Shown here piece by piece: positions 8,233 through 16,973 of a stretch of DNA of 63,393 nt. Source of the DNA: Actinomycetota bacterium (lineage in GTDB: Bacteria; Actinomycetota; AC-67); assembly GCA_046565595.1 (NCBI GenBank), contig JBKHYG010000017.1:1-63393 (forward strand), written 5' to 3'. The translations under genes were made by a program, and so were the position numbers. Positions within the stretch are counted from its first letter, which is position 1. Each line of letters begins with the position of its first letter. A model generated the notes under the pieces. It searched no databases, was not told the DNA's origin, and worked only from the letters and a program-made list of their open reading frames with translations.

Positions 8233-11200
8233 CTACTCCTTGTTCTTCTTGGTTACGGCGCCAGAGCGCTTGATGACCGACTCGTCGCCACCCAGATAGG
8301 CCTGGACGACTCGCTCATCGCTCAAGACGACATCGGGACGATCACGGATCACGACCTTGCCCAGTACCATCGCGATCAGCTCGTCGCTGACCGCGCTGAT
8401 CAGAGGCATGTCGTGCTCGATGATGATAAGACTGCAGCCGGTCTCTCGCTTGATCTGGTTCAGCAGCGGGCCCATGTTCTCGGCCTCGCGCTGGGCAAGA
8501 CCGCTCGAAGGCTCATCCAGCAGGAGCACTCGAGGTTCTGCGGCCAATACGCATGCCAGGTCGAGGATGCGACGGGTTCCCGTAGAGAGTTCGCTGACGA
8601 ACTTGTCCCGGTAACCGCCGAGCTCTAAGAGTTCGATGAGAGCATCCGCCTTGCGCCGCGTGGTGGCTTCACTGCGGCGCGCCTGCGGTAGACCCAGGCC
8701 GTGGACCACCATGCTCTTGACCTCGAGGTGCCGTTCGAAGGAGAGCGCGACGGTCTCGAACACGGTCAGCGAGGGGAACAGCTTGGCGTCCTGGAATCGA
8801 CGGACCATACCGAGGGCCGCCCTTTGCTCGGGCGAATAGTTGGTCACATCCTTTCCGAGCAGCATGATGCGACCCTCATCGATCGGGTTGAAGCCGCTGA
8901 TCATCTCGAGGACCGTGGTCTTACCGGCACCGTTCGGCCCGATCAGACCGAGCGCTTCGTTCTCACGGAGGGCGAATGAGACACCGTCGACCGCCCGCAC
9001 GCCGCCGTAGGTCTTGACCAGACCTTCTACCTCGAGGATGTTTGCACGCTCCTCGTCGCGGAGCTTGGGAGCGACCGCGGCGCTGCCTCCGAGGCTCTTG
9101 CCACCCTTGAGGAATACAGCACGCATGATGTCGGGACGGCCGAGCAGGTCCTCGGTCGGACCGTCGAAGCGGATCTCGCCCTTCTCCATGAACACGGCGC
9201 GTTCGGCGACCGTGAGGGCAACATTCACCGACTGCTCGACGAGGATGATCGTCGTCCCACGCTGGTGGATCGCACGAACGATCTTCAGCAGTTGCTCGAC
9301 GATCGCCGGCGCTAGTCCCAGAGACAACTCGTCGATCATCAGCAACTTCGGACGAGACAGGAACGCCTGAGCGAGGGTGAGCATCTGCTGCTCGCCACCG
9401 GACATCGATCCGGCCGCCTGACCGAGCTTCTCACGCAGGATCGGGAAGTAGGAGAAGACCTGCTCGACCTCGTTGGCGTAGTTGGGGTCGTCGCTGTAGA
9501 GCCAGCCGGCGAGCTCGAGGTTCTCCTTGACGGTCAAGGACGGGAAGATGCCTCGTCCACCGGGCGTCTGGGCTATGCCTTCAGCCGCGATCTCGTGCGG
9601 AGGGACATGGGTGATGTCCTTGCCATCGAAGACGATGGCGCCGCCCGAGGCCTCCTGCGTGCCGCTGATGGCTCGTAGAACCGTCGATTTACCCGCGCCG
9701 TTGGTTCCGAGCAGCGCGATGATCTCGCCCTCCTCGACATCGAGATCCACATCGAACAGAACCTGGACGGAGTCGTAGTGGACATCCACGCCGCGAAGGA
9801 CCAGCAACTTGCCCTTGCCGGCGAGCTTGGCTTCTCGCCAGGTCTCCTCTGCGAGTGCTGCCGCTGCGGCCGAGCGCATGTCGAACTCGACATAGGGTCC
9901 GGCGGTGATAACGATGAGGCTACCGATGAACGAGAAGGGCACGAAGGTCAAGATCGCGGATCTCATGCCACCCGCGCCAGCGATCGCGCCGATGATCGGG
10001 AACATGAAGAAGACCGGGATGGTCCAGTAGTCGAGCGTCGCGATACCGAGGTTCCTGAGCCGAGGCGGGATGACCATCGAGGTCACCGCGACGGTCGCGG
10101 GAAGGATCATCGCGTCGAAGAAGGTCGTTATCAGGATGATCGCAACCACGAAGGGGACATTCGGCCCCAGCGCGATCCCTACATAGCCGAGCGCAGTTAC
10201 GGCGCCCGCCACGCCAGAGATCATGACTACACGGCCAGGGTTGCGGCCAACGATGCGGTCCACCAACGGGCCACCCATCGCGACCCCCATGAAGGCGGTG
10301 AGTGCGGCTAGCGAGCCGATGACGCCGCGCGCGAACAGGTCCACCTGATGGGTCGTGGCCAGATACAACGGCATGAAGATGGCGAAGCCCAGCGTCGATA
10401 GCTGGGCGAAGGGGACGGCGTACGAGTAGCGCCTGAGTGTCCGGACCCCCCACGCCGCGCGGAAGGCCTCTCCCCAGGAGGGCGGCTCCTGCTGGCGCCG
10501 CGCGATCTCTTCGTTGGCACCGAAGGCTTTGCGTTCGTGATAGCCGCGGATCGGCTCGGGCATCTTGAAGAAGTACAGGGACAGCAAGACCCCTGCGACG
10601 CCGACGATGAGGAACGGAACGCGCCAGCCGAACATCGACCCGATGACGCCTACGAACAGAGGAGCGATGACTGCGCCGATCTGGCGCCCCGCTGCGCGGA
10701 AGGCATATGACTGGCCGCGCGCTTCGGGCGGGACATAGTCGGCGATCAGCGAGAATCCCACGGCATTGGGACCGAGCTCGCCGACCGTGTCCAAACTGCG
10801 GGCTCCATATAGGCCGAACCTGTTCGGCGAGAGACCGGTGAAGAGGACTCCGATCGAGTTGACCAGCGAACCGATCGCGAACAGCGTGACGCGACGGGAC
10901 CGGTCACCCAGGTATCCCAGCGGCACTGACAACAGCGTTCCCAGGAGCCCGATCCACTTGGCCAACTCGAGGATGGCGCTCAGGTTCAGCTTGAAGGACC
11001 GCTGGATCTCGGGAAGCGCCTGGCTGAAGGCCCTCGCACCGAAGATCGAGACGATCCCGAGAGCCATCAGCATGATCAGGGGTGTGCGACCGTAAGAGGA
11101 CTGCAGGTTGCTGATCCTCAAGCCTTGGCGGATCAGCTTGAAAGGCTGCAACCAGAGCGGACCGTCAGGTTTCTCGTCGCGCCTGGCCGTGGTGCCGGGG

Positions 11201-11364
11201 ATGTGAGATTCGACGATCTCGGTGGGTGCGTCAGCGGGCGGCTCGTGCGAGGTGTCTTCGGGAACCGGAGCGTTGACCGCCGGGATCTCTTTGGTGTCGT
11301 CCTCTACGGTCGTCGAATCGACCTGCGCACCCTCGATCGGTTTCGGGTCCTCTTGCCGGCTCAT
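8233..11364 (-). CDS. triple fusion: MFS transporter domain + LivF-like ABC ATPase + LivG-like ABC ATPase
   Basis: Start at 'MSRQEDPK' (ATG 11364, ATGA overlap with the upstream stop). MFS motifs 'LGYLGDRSRRVT' and 'VPPEARG'. NBD1 has GTNGAGKST/SGGEQQ/LLMIDELSLGL. NBD2 has GPNGAGKTT/LSTGTRR/LLLDEPSSGL. Confidence 0.85.
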   Translation of the reverse strand: MSRQEDPKPIEGAQVDSTTVEDDTKEIPAVNAPVPEDTSHEPPADAPTEIVESHIPGTTARRDEKPDGPLWLQPFKLIRQGLRISNLQSSYGRTPLIMLMALGIVSIFGARAFSQALPEIQRSFKLNLSAILELAKWIGLLGTLLSVPLGYLGDRSRRVTLFAIGSLVNSIGVLFTGLSPNRFGLYGARSLDTVGELGPNAVGFSLIADYVPPEARGQSYAFRAAGRQIGAVIAPLFVGVIGSMFGWRVPFLIVGVAGVLLSLYFFKMPEPIRGYHERKAFGANEEIARRQQEPPSWGEAFRAAWGVRTLRRYSYAVPFAQLSTLGFAIFMPLYLATTHQVDLFARGVIGSLAALTAFMGVAMGGPLVDRIVGRNPGRVVMISGVAGAVTALGYVGIALGPNVPFVVAIILITTFFDAMILPATVAVTSMVIPPRLRNLGIATLDYWTIPVFFMFPIIGAIAGAGGMRSAILTFVPFSFIGSLIVITAGPYVEFDMRSAAAAALAEETWREAKLAGKGKLLVLRGVDVHYDSVQVLFDVDLDVEEGEIIALLGTNGAGKSTVLRAISGTQEASGGAIVFDGKDITHVPPHEIAAEGIAQTPGGRGIFPSLTVKENLELAGWLYSDDPNYANEVEQVFSYFPILREKLGQAAGSMSGGEQQMLTLAQAFLSRPKLLMIDELSLGLAPAIVEQLLKIVRAIHQRGTTIILVEQSVNVALTVAERAVFMEKGEIRFDGPTEDLLGRPDIMRAVFLKGGKSLGGSAAVAPKLRDEERANILEVEGLVKTYGGVRAVDGVSFALRENEALGLIGPNGAGKTTVLEMISGFNPIDEGRIMLLGKDVTNYSPEQRAALGMVRRFQDAKLFPSLTVFETVALSFERHLEVKSMVVHGLGLPQARRSEATTRRKADALIELLELGGYRDKFVSELSTGTRRILDLACVLAAEPRVLLLDEPSSGLAQREAENMGPLLNQIKRETGCSLIIIEHDMPLISAVSDELIAMVLGKVVIRDRPDVVLSDERVVQAYLGGDESVIKRSGAVTKKNKE

Positions 11365-13511
11365 ACGGTCACCTTCCCATATAGACGGGACGGCAGCGTG
11401 TAACGCTGATCGGCCCGAAGGGCTCCGATCCCTTGGCTTGGCACGGCAGGAGCCAAGGGCGTGAGGCGTTTCTCCCAAGCATCTGGAGAGTAATCAGCGA
11501 ACAGACTGGGAACGACGATGTGTCGCCTAAGCGCGACGACCCGCAGCACAGCATCCCGTATCCCGAAGACGATCTGGGCGAGGCCGCCTGGGATCGCCAT
11601 CATCAGGGCGAGCCCACCGACCCCGGTCAGGATGCCAAGCACCCCAGGGAACAGGATGCCTCCGCCCACGAAATACAGGGTTCCGAGGAAGGCACCAGCG
11701 ATCGAACTCACGCCTCCGATGATGACCAGTTGGAACACACCGAAGGAGAGTTGCGCGTTGTAGAAGGCTGGATCCATGCCTCGCTGAAGATGCACAGTGA
11801 TGCCTCCAGCGAAGGCCGCCAAGAAGCCCGAGATCGCGAAGGCCATCAGGCGTGTTCGCACGATGTCCACACCGAAGGCCTGGACACCCTGCTCGTTGTC
11901 GCGAAGCGCGATCAGCAGGCGGCCTGCGCGACTGTTGCGAAGGGTCCTCACCATCACCGCGACGATCAGGAACGCCAGCAGGGAGAAGTAATACTGCGTC
12001 CGCGGATCGTCGAGATTGAACACCAAGATGCTCGGACTCTCGATGAGAGTTGGAACGCTGCTAGCCAGGAACCTGTCCGAGAACAGGATCGTCGGGAACG
12101 CGATAGCCAGCGCGAAACTCGAGACCGCAAGGAACAAGCCTCGGATCCGCAGAGCGGGAAGCCCAACCAGAACCGCGAGTATGGCGCCAGCGAGACCAGC
12201 GATGGGCAGCGCGAGGAGGAACGGGAACCCGGTCGAGGTCAGGTTTCCTGCGATGTAGGCCCCTGTCCCCAGGAATGCGATGTGACCCAGGCTGATCTGG
12301 CCGGTCCAGCCGGTCAGGATGACCAGAGATACCGCCAGGATCGACCCGGTCCAAACCGCGCTCATCGCGCCGGTGTTCTCGGATCCGAACACCCATGGGA
12401 ACGCCAAGACGATCAATGCCCCGATGGCGATCAACGATTGGCGCGTTCGTCGGATGAAGGGCAGCGCCAAGAGTTCGCGCGGGGTGGGGCGCACCTCTCG
12501 GGTCGCCTTCCAAGAACTCGAGTCGTCCACGCGAGAAACCTTGTGCCTCTGGAACAGCAGGGCAACCAGGACGATGCCGAAGGTGATGATGTCGAGCAGA
12601 GAACCATCACCCAGTTGGGCGAACATGCTCTGCCGAAGGATCACCAGCCCCATACCCGTGAGGAAAGCGATCGGGAGGCTCATCATCTTGGCTACCACCG
12701 CGGCGGTCAGCGGTAGCACCAGGACGGTCTGAGGGGCGACCTGTCCGGGGACATAGGGTTCGGTCACCATGTTGGCGATGCCGGCAACACTCGTGATCAA
12801 CCCGACGATGGCCCAGACGCCGATGTTCAGCAGCTTGACATTGATACCGAGCAGCGATGCACGATCGGCGTTCTCGGCAGAAGCTCGGACCGCGATCCCC
12901 ATCCGGGACCGTTTGAAGAAGATCACCAGACCAAGCAAGGCGAGCGCGATGGCGAAGAAGCTGACGATGTGAGCCAGCCGGATGGGGGTAACCCCTAGCT
13001 GGAAGATCTGGTTATCGAAGAATGTGCCGGGCGTTGGGATCGGCTGAACCTGGATGCTCTCGCCGGGCTTCTGGAAGGCCGAGGCGACCTCTTGACTGAC
13101 GATCCCAACGATGCCGGTCATGAACACGGTGACAACCGTCAAGGTCAGGCGCGGATGCCTGAAGAACAGCGTCGAGGCCAGGATCCCGATGATCACCGCG
13201 ACCAAGGTTCCGCCGATGATCCCGACCGGCCAAGCGATCGGATACGGCAGGATCCCGCGCGTGTAGAACTCGTAGAAGAGCTGCATCGCGACCAGCGCCA
13301 GAGACGACTGCGCGAAGTTGATGATCCTGACCGTGCGGTAGATCATCACCAGCCCGATCGCGGAGATGCCCACGGTGGCAGCAGGGATAAGGCCGGTCAG
13401 GAACTCGCCAGCGGTTAGGCCCGCGACACCGAACGCATAGATCCCAAGGAGCAGGCCGATCCCCGCCGTTAGCGCGACGGTGAGTGTCTTACCTTCGAGC
13501 TTCTTGCTCAC
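11361..13511 (-). CDS. fused branched-chain-amino-acid-type ABC permease (LivH-like + LivM-like halves)
   Basis: 716 aa and very hydrophobic. The N half resembles LivH ('..MIYRTVRIINFAQSS..'). The C half resembles LivM ('..LTGWTGQISLGHIAFLGTGAY..'). The GTG start overlaps the upstream stop (GTGA). Confidence 0.9.
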   Translation of the reverse strand: MSKKLEGKTLTVALTAGIGLLLGIYAFGVAGLTAGEFLTGLIPAATVGISAIGLVMIYRTVRIINFAQSSLALVAMQLFYEFYTRGILPYPIAWPVGIIGGTLVAVIIGILASTLFFRHPRLTLTVVTVFMTGIVGIVSQEVASAFQKPGESIQVQPIPTPGTFFDNQIFQLGVTPIRLAHIVSFFAIALALLGLVIFFKRSRMGIAVRASAENADRASLLGINVKLLNIGVWAIVGLITSVAGIANMVTEPYVPGQVAPQTVLVLPLTAAVVAKMMSLPIAFLTGMGLVILRQSMFAQLGDGSLLDIITFGIVLVALLFQRHKVSRVDDSSSWKATREVRPTPRELLALPFIRRTRQSLIAIGALIVLAFPWVFGSENTGAMSAVWTGSILAVSLVILTGWTGQISLGHIAFLGTGAYIAGNLTSTGFPFLLALPIAGLAGAILAVLVGLPALRIRGLFLAVSSFALAIAFPTILFSDRFLASSVPTLIESPSILVFNLDDPRTQYYFSLLAFLIVAVMVRTLRNSRAGRLLIALRDNEQGVQAFGVDIVRTRLMAFAISGFLAAFAGGITVHLQRGMDPAFYNAQLSFGVFQLVIIGGVSSIAGAFLGTLYFVGGGILFPGVLGILTGVGGLALMMAIPGGLAQIVFGIRDAVLRVVALRRHIVVPSLFADYSPDAWEKRLTPLAPAVPSQGIGALRADQRYTLPSRLYGKVTV

Positions 13512-14554
13512 AACACCTCACCGGGATCAAGCCGGGCGAGACGCGCGAGGAAGTTGCCGCTGATGAAAGTGTTGCCGCCGTCGATCGAGAAGACCTCCTG
13601 GATCGACCAACCGCCATACTGGGTCGCCATCCAGAAACTCCCGATCAACGAGACCTCGACATCACCGGTGATCTCGATGCTCGTGTTGAAACGCCAGGCC
13701 TGCGCCATCTGGTCACAGACGAAGACATTCTGTGGCTGCGCGACGATCACGCTCGTCGAGATGGTGGAGCTAGGCGGCGCAAGGGGAAGCTGCTGGCCTT
13801 CGACTTCCACATCGTTAGCTGCACGGTTGGGCTGAGTCGAGTCGGTCCTTTGGCCGGCACCCAGTGGGAAGCTGGCCAGTTTGAGACCACCGGTCTCGGC
13901 GTTGGCAGGTATGAACACGCGCGACTGTGTCTTATCGGCGGCCAGCGGGATCCGGATGCTTCGCAGGTAGATGCCAGCGACCTCGGCGTTCGAGGATTCC
14001 GCGTTCTCTGAAGCCTGCGACGGATAGATGATCGTGTACTCCATCGTCACGCCGTGACCTTCGTCGATCACCGTGTAGAAGAAGGAGTTCGTGCTCTCGT
14101 TGTCGCGCCGGACACCGACCCGCTTGTAGTCGTAGCCAGACTTCGACGGCTCGCCCGCGTAGTTGCCCTGATAGAAGGTCGGATACTGGCCGCGTCGAGG
14201 CCAGTTCCCTCCCCGCTCTGGGTCGTCAGGGTCGAAGGGACCAGGCCTGACCGAAGGAGGCGCCTGACCGTCGCGTGGCGAGTTCGTCTGCACGCCCGGG
14301 CAGAACGGGGTAGGCGGCGGCGGGGGTGGCGGCGGCGGAAGTGGAGGCGGCTCGTCCGGCGGGATGAAGATGTTCGGCGGAGGCGGGGGAGGAAGCGGCG
14401 GAGGCTCCAAGAGCTCCTCGACATCCACACCGAAGGCGAGGTCCACGGCGACCTTGCCGATGCTGACATCGGCCTTGGGCGCGAGGTTCGCGCAGGAGCT
14501 CACCGCGAAGGCGAGAGCCAGGACCGAAGCGAGATAGTTACGCGACCACTTCAT
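13508..14554 (-). CDS. lipoprotein with long poly-proline tracts, function unknown
   Basis: Signal/lipobox 'MKWSRNYLASVLALAFAVSSC'. Tracts 'PPPLPPPPPPN..PPPLPPPPPPPPPTP' are followed by a ~250-aa beta-rich domain. It overlaps the upstream gene by 17 nt and the downstream gene by 4 nt. It does not resemble a Peripla_BP_6 binding protein. Confidence 0.7.
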   Translation of the reverse strand: MKWSRNYLASVLALAFAVSSCANLAPKADVSIGKVAVDLAFGVDVEELLEPPPLPPPPPPNIFIPPDEPPPLPPPPPPPPPTPFCPGVQTNSPRDGQAPPSVRPGPFDPDDPERGGNWPRRGQYPTFYQGNYAGEPSKSGYDYKRVGVRRDNESTNSFFYTVIDEGHGVTMEYTIIYPSQASENAESSNAEVAGIYLRSIRIPLAADKTQSRVFIPANAETGGLKLASFPLGAGQRTDSTQPNRAANDVEVEGQQLPLAPPSSTISTSVIVAQPQNVFVCDQMAQAWRFNTSIEITGDVEVSLIGSFWMATQYGGWSIQEVFSIDGGNTFISGNFLARLARLDPGEVL

Positions 14555-16973
14555 CTTGCTTTCCCTTCCGTCTGGGGAACGACGGTAGACGGAGACGGAT
14601 CCGGTTTCCGTAGCGGATCTTCGTGCCCCTCTTCCTACGCTTCGGGAGGAACTTCCGCCACTCGAACTTGGGTACCGGCGGGCTCAGGAGTTCCGGAGCG
14701 TACGGATTGCGAAGACTCAAGCGCGACACATAGGCGACCGCCCTGATGGTGAAGGGTTGGGCTTCCGAGAGCCTCCTACGCAGGGAGCGCGACAACTCCT
14801 CGGCAGCTAGGACCTCGTCATCAGTGATCCGGCCTCGCAGGTCGCCGAAGAGCGTGCGTGTGACCAGCCAGGCCAACTCTTGGTGTTCCTCGTCGGGAAC
14901 GACCTTGCGGGTGTAGGCCAGCGGGGTCCCATAGGGGTCTCCGACGCCCAGGTCGGTGGCTAGGTCGCGCATGTCCGCATAAGCCACGGCGATCCGCTCG
15001 GAGCGTCCCTGCCGCAGCGCCCATTCCTTGCGTTTGGACCGGCGGCGCGCTTTGAGGATCACCGGGTAGGCGAAGTAGGCGAGGATGGCCGCGAGGATGA
15101 AAGGCATGGCGAGCAAGATGTATGCCTGCGCTTGCCGCAGCAGGTAGTTGGTGGGCTCGTCACGCTGAGGCACGAACAGGTTCACCGCGATGTCGTCACT
15201 CGGCAGGATGATGGAGTCCTGCGAAGCGTCGCCGGTGAGGCTCTGGCGCGCCTTCTTTGGAAGTCCGGTCACCGGGAACCAGCCGATGCCCTCGAAGTAG
15301 ACCTCGAGCCAGGAAGCGCCGTGCTTGGGTCGGTACTCGCGAAGCGTCTGGGCGGCCGCGGAAGCCTCACCGACATCGAAGCCGTAGCCGATACGCGCAG
15401 GCACACCGAGCCAACGCGCGAACATCGCTTGCGTTGCGACGATCTCGAATGGTGTGGCCTCACGGGTGCCGCTGAACATGTCTTCGATCTTCTCTGGCGG
15501 CACCGGGCTCGGAAGGCCGGCTCCGGCTGCCGTGATCATGCCCAGGTACTCCTCACGGATGTAGTCGAGCTGATCCCAGGTGTTGTCATAATCCTGTCGC
15601 GCCGTGGCGATGAGCGCGGCCGCAGACTCAGGCGGTTCGAGTTCAGCGGTGGAGGTGAATTCTTCGAAGAAGGCGGGGTCGGTGGGAGCAGGAGCGTTAC
15701 GCAGTTCCTGCTCGGTCGGCAGGAACGAGAACGAAGCCTGGTAGGCCAGCCCGTCGCCGACCTGACCCTCACGCACGAGGACGCGCTGCGTACGCACCTC
15801 GAGATCGAGTTTCGGGCCCTTGGTCACGCGGATCGCCTGCACCCGCGCCGGCATCGGGAGAACGGTGCCGTCGAGCCCCTGAACATTGATCGTCACGATC
15901 GACTGGCTCGGGCCCTCGTGACCGAAGGGACGGCCGACCAGACCATCGCGCGGCGCAGCTCGTTGTCCCGCCGCGTTGAAAGGCGGCAGCCTCCACCAAC
16001 CCTCCGGATCGATGACATCGAGGACGCCGGTGCGCCACGGCCCGGTGAAAGGAGCGTCCGGCGGGGTCTCGGCGGTGAACAGAACCCGGTCTTCGATCTC
16101 GGACAGTGGGATGGACTTAGGCCGCTGCGCGCGCTCGGTGGGGTCGAAGATCGGGTCGGGGAACAGGAAGCCTGCCTGGCTGACGGCGACCAGCGCGGCT
16201 GTCAGTGCTGCCAGCAGAGGCAACATACGGACCGCGCGACGGATCTCGTAGGCGACCGAGACCCCGTCACCTTCTCCCCTGTCCGCTCGGTAGATGACAG
16301 CCAGGCCGACGACGAAGGTGATGAAGGCGACGATGCCGGATGCGATCTGAGCGTCGGAAGGCTGCGCGATGGCTGCGAATGCGATCACCGGCATCGGTAC
16401 GAGAACGCCCATGGCCGGTTTGCGACCTACGGATCCCACCCAGGCGGCAGCGAAACCGAGCATCGCGAGCGTCCAGGGCAGGATCGCTTTCCAACCGTCA
16501 TCGAAGACCGCAGGAGGGCGGCGTTGCCTGGCGTTGGAGACTGCCTTTCCGAGCGTTTCTCCGATCGAGCCCAACGCTCCAGGGGAGGTGATCGCGAGCG
16601 CAACCAGTCCGCAGGCGAGGATCGCGCCGAAGGCGATCAGTTGGCTGACCCCGGGGCGCTTCGAGGGGCGTGCGGCGAACATCGCCGCGCCCACACCGAC
16701 CAAGGCACCGAAGACCGCGTAGAAGCGCGGCAGCGCACCGACGAACATGCCACCGACCAGGAACGCCGCACCGAGCGTGGTCGAGAGCGCCCCGAACGAG
16801 GGGCGCATGATCTCTTCCCGCGTTAACGGGCGATCCTCTTCCTCCTCGATCAGTTCAGAAGCCTGGCGGACCTTGCGTTCGGCTTCGCCACCGGAGTCCG
16901 CATGGGTGTCCGGCGTGGGAGCCGCCTGAGCATCCTCGAGTTCGGTGCGCGGGTCTTCGATGATCTGGCTCAT
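14538..16973 (-). CDS. transglutaminase-like (TgpA-type) polytopic membrane protein, apparently lacking the catalytic Cys
   Basis: 811 aa with N-terminal multi-TM region. The transglutaminase-core-like segment is '..ATPFEIVATQAMFARWLGVPARIGYGF..KHGASWLEVYFEGIGWFPVTGLP..'. A further TM is followed by a DUF4129-like tail. ATGA overlap with the DUF58 gene. Confidence 0.8.
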   Translation of the reverse strand: MSQIIEDPRTELEDAQAAPTPDTHADSGGEAERKVRQASELIEEEEDRPLTREEIMRPSFGALSTTLGAAFLVGGMFVGALPRFYAVFGALVGVGAAMFAARPSKRPGVSQLIAFGAILACGLVALAITSPGALGSIGETLGKAVSNARQRRPPAVFDDGWKAILPWTLAMLGFAAAWVGSVGRKPAMGVLVPMPVIAFAAIAQPSDAQIASGIVAFITFVVGLAVIYRADRGEGDGVSVAYEIRRAVRMLPLLAALTAALVAVSQAGFLFPDPIFDPTERAQRPKSIPLSEIEDRVLFTAETPPDAPFTGPWRTGVLDVIDPEGWWRLPPFNAAGQRAAPRDGLVGRPFGHEGPSQSIVTINVQGLDGTVLPMPARVQAIRVTKGPKLDLEVRTQRVLVREGQVGDGLAYQASFSFLPTEQELRNAPAPTDPAFFEEFTSTAELEPPESAAALIATARQDYDNTWDQLDYIREEYLGMITAAGAGLPSPVPPEKIEDMFSGTREATPFEIVATQAMFARWLGVPARIGYGFDVGEASAAAQTLREYRPKHGASWLEVYFEGIGWFPVTGLPKKARQSLTGDASQDSIILPSDDIAVNLFVPQRDEPTNYLLRQAQAYILLAMPFILAAILAYFAYPVILKARRRSKRKEWALRQGRSERIAVAYADMRDLATDLGVGDPYGTPLAYTRKVVPDEEHQELAWLVTRTLFGDLRGRITDDEVLAAEELSRSLRRRLSEAQPFTIRAVAYVSRLSLRNPYAPELLSPPVPKFEWRKFLPKRRKRGTKIRYGNRIRLRLPSFPRRKGKQDEVVA

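Noticed and set aside
11433-12716. 427-aa plus-strand ORF antisense to the LivHM permease gene
   Set aside because: It has a highly charged, low-complexity composition (runs of D/E/R/Q/H). It lies entirely inside a well-supported, hydrophobic permease gene on the other strand.
14280-14410. Repetitive GGC/GGN-rich DNA that might look like a tandem repeat or CRISPR-like array
   Set aside because: It is the antisense of CCN codons encoding the poly-proline tracts of the lipoprotein. There is no repeat-spacer organisation.
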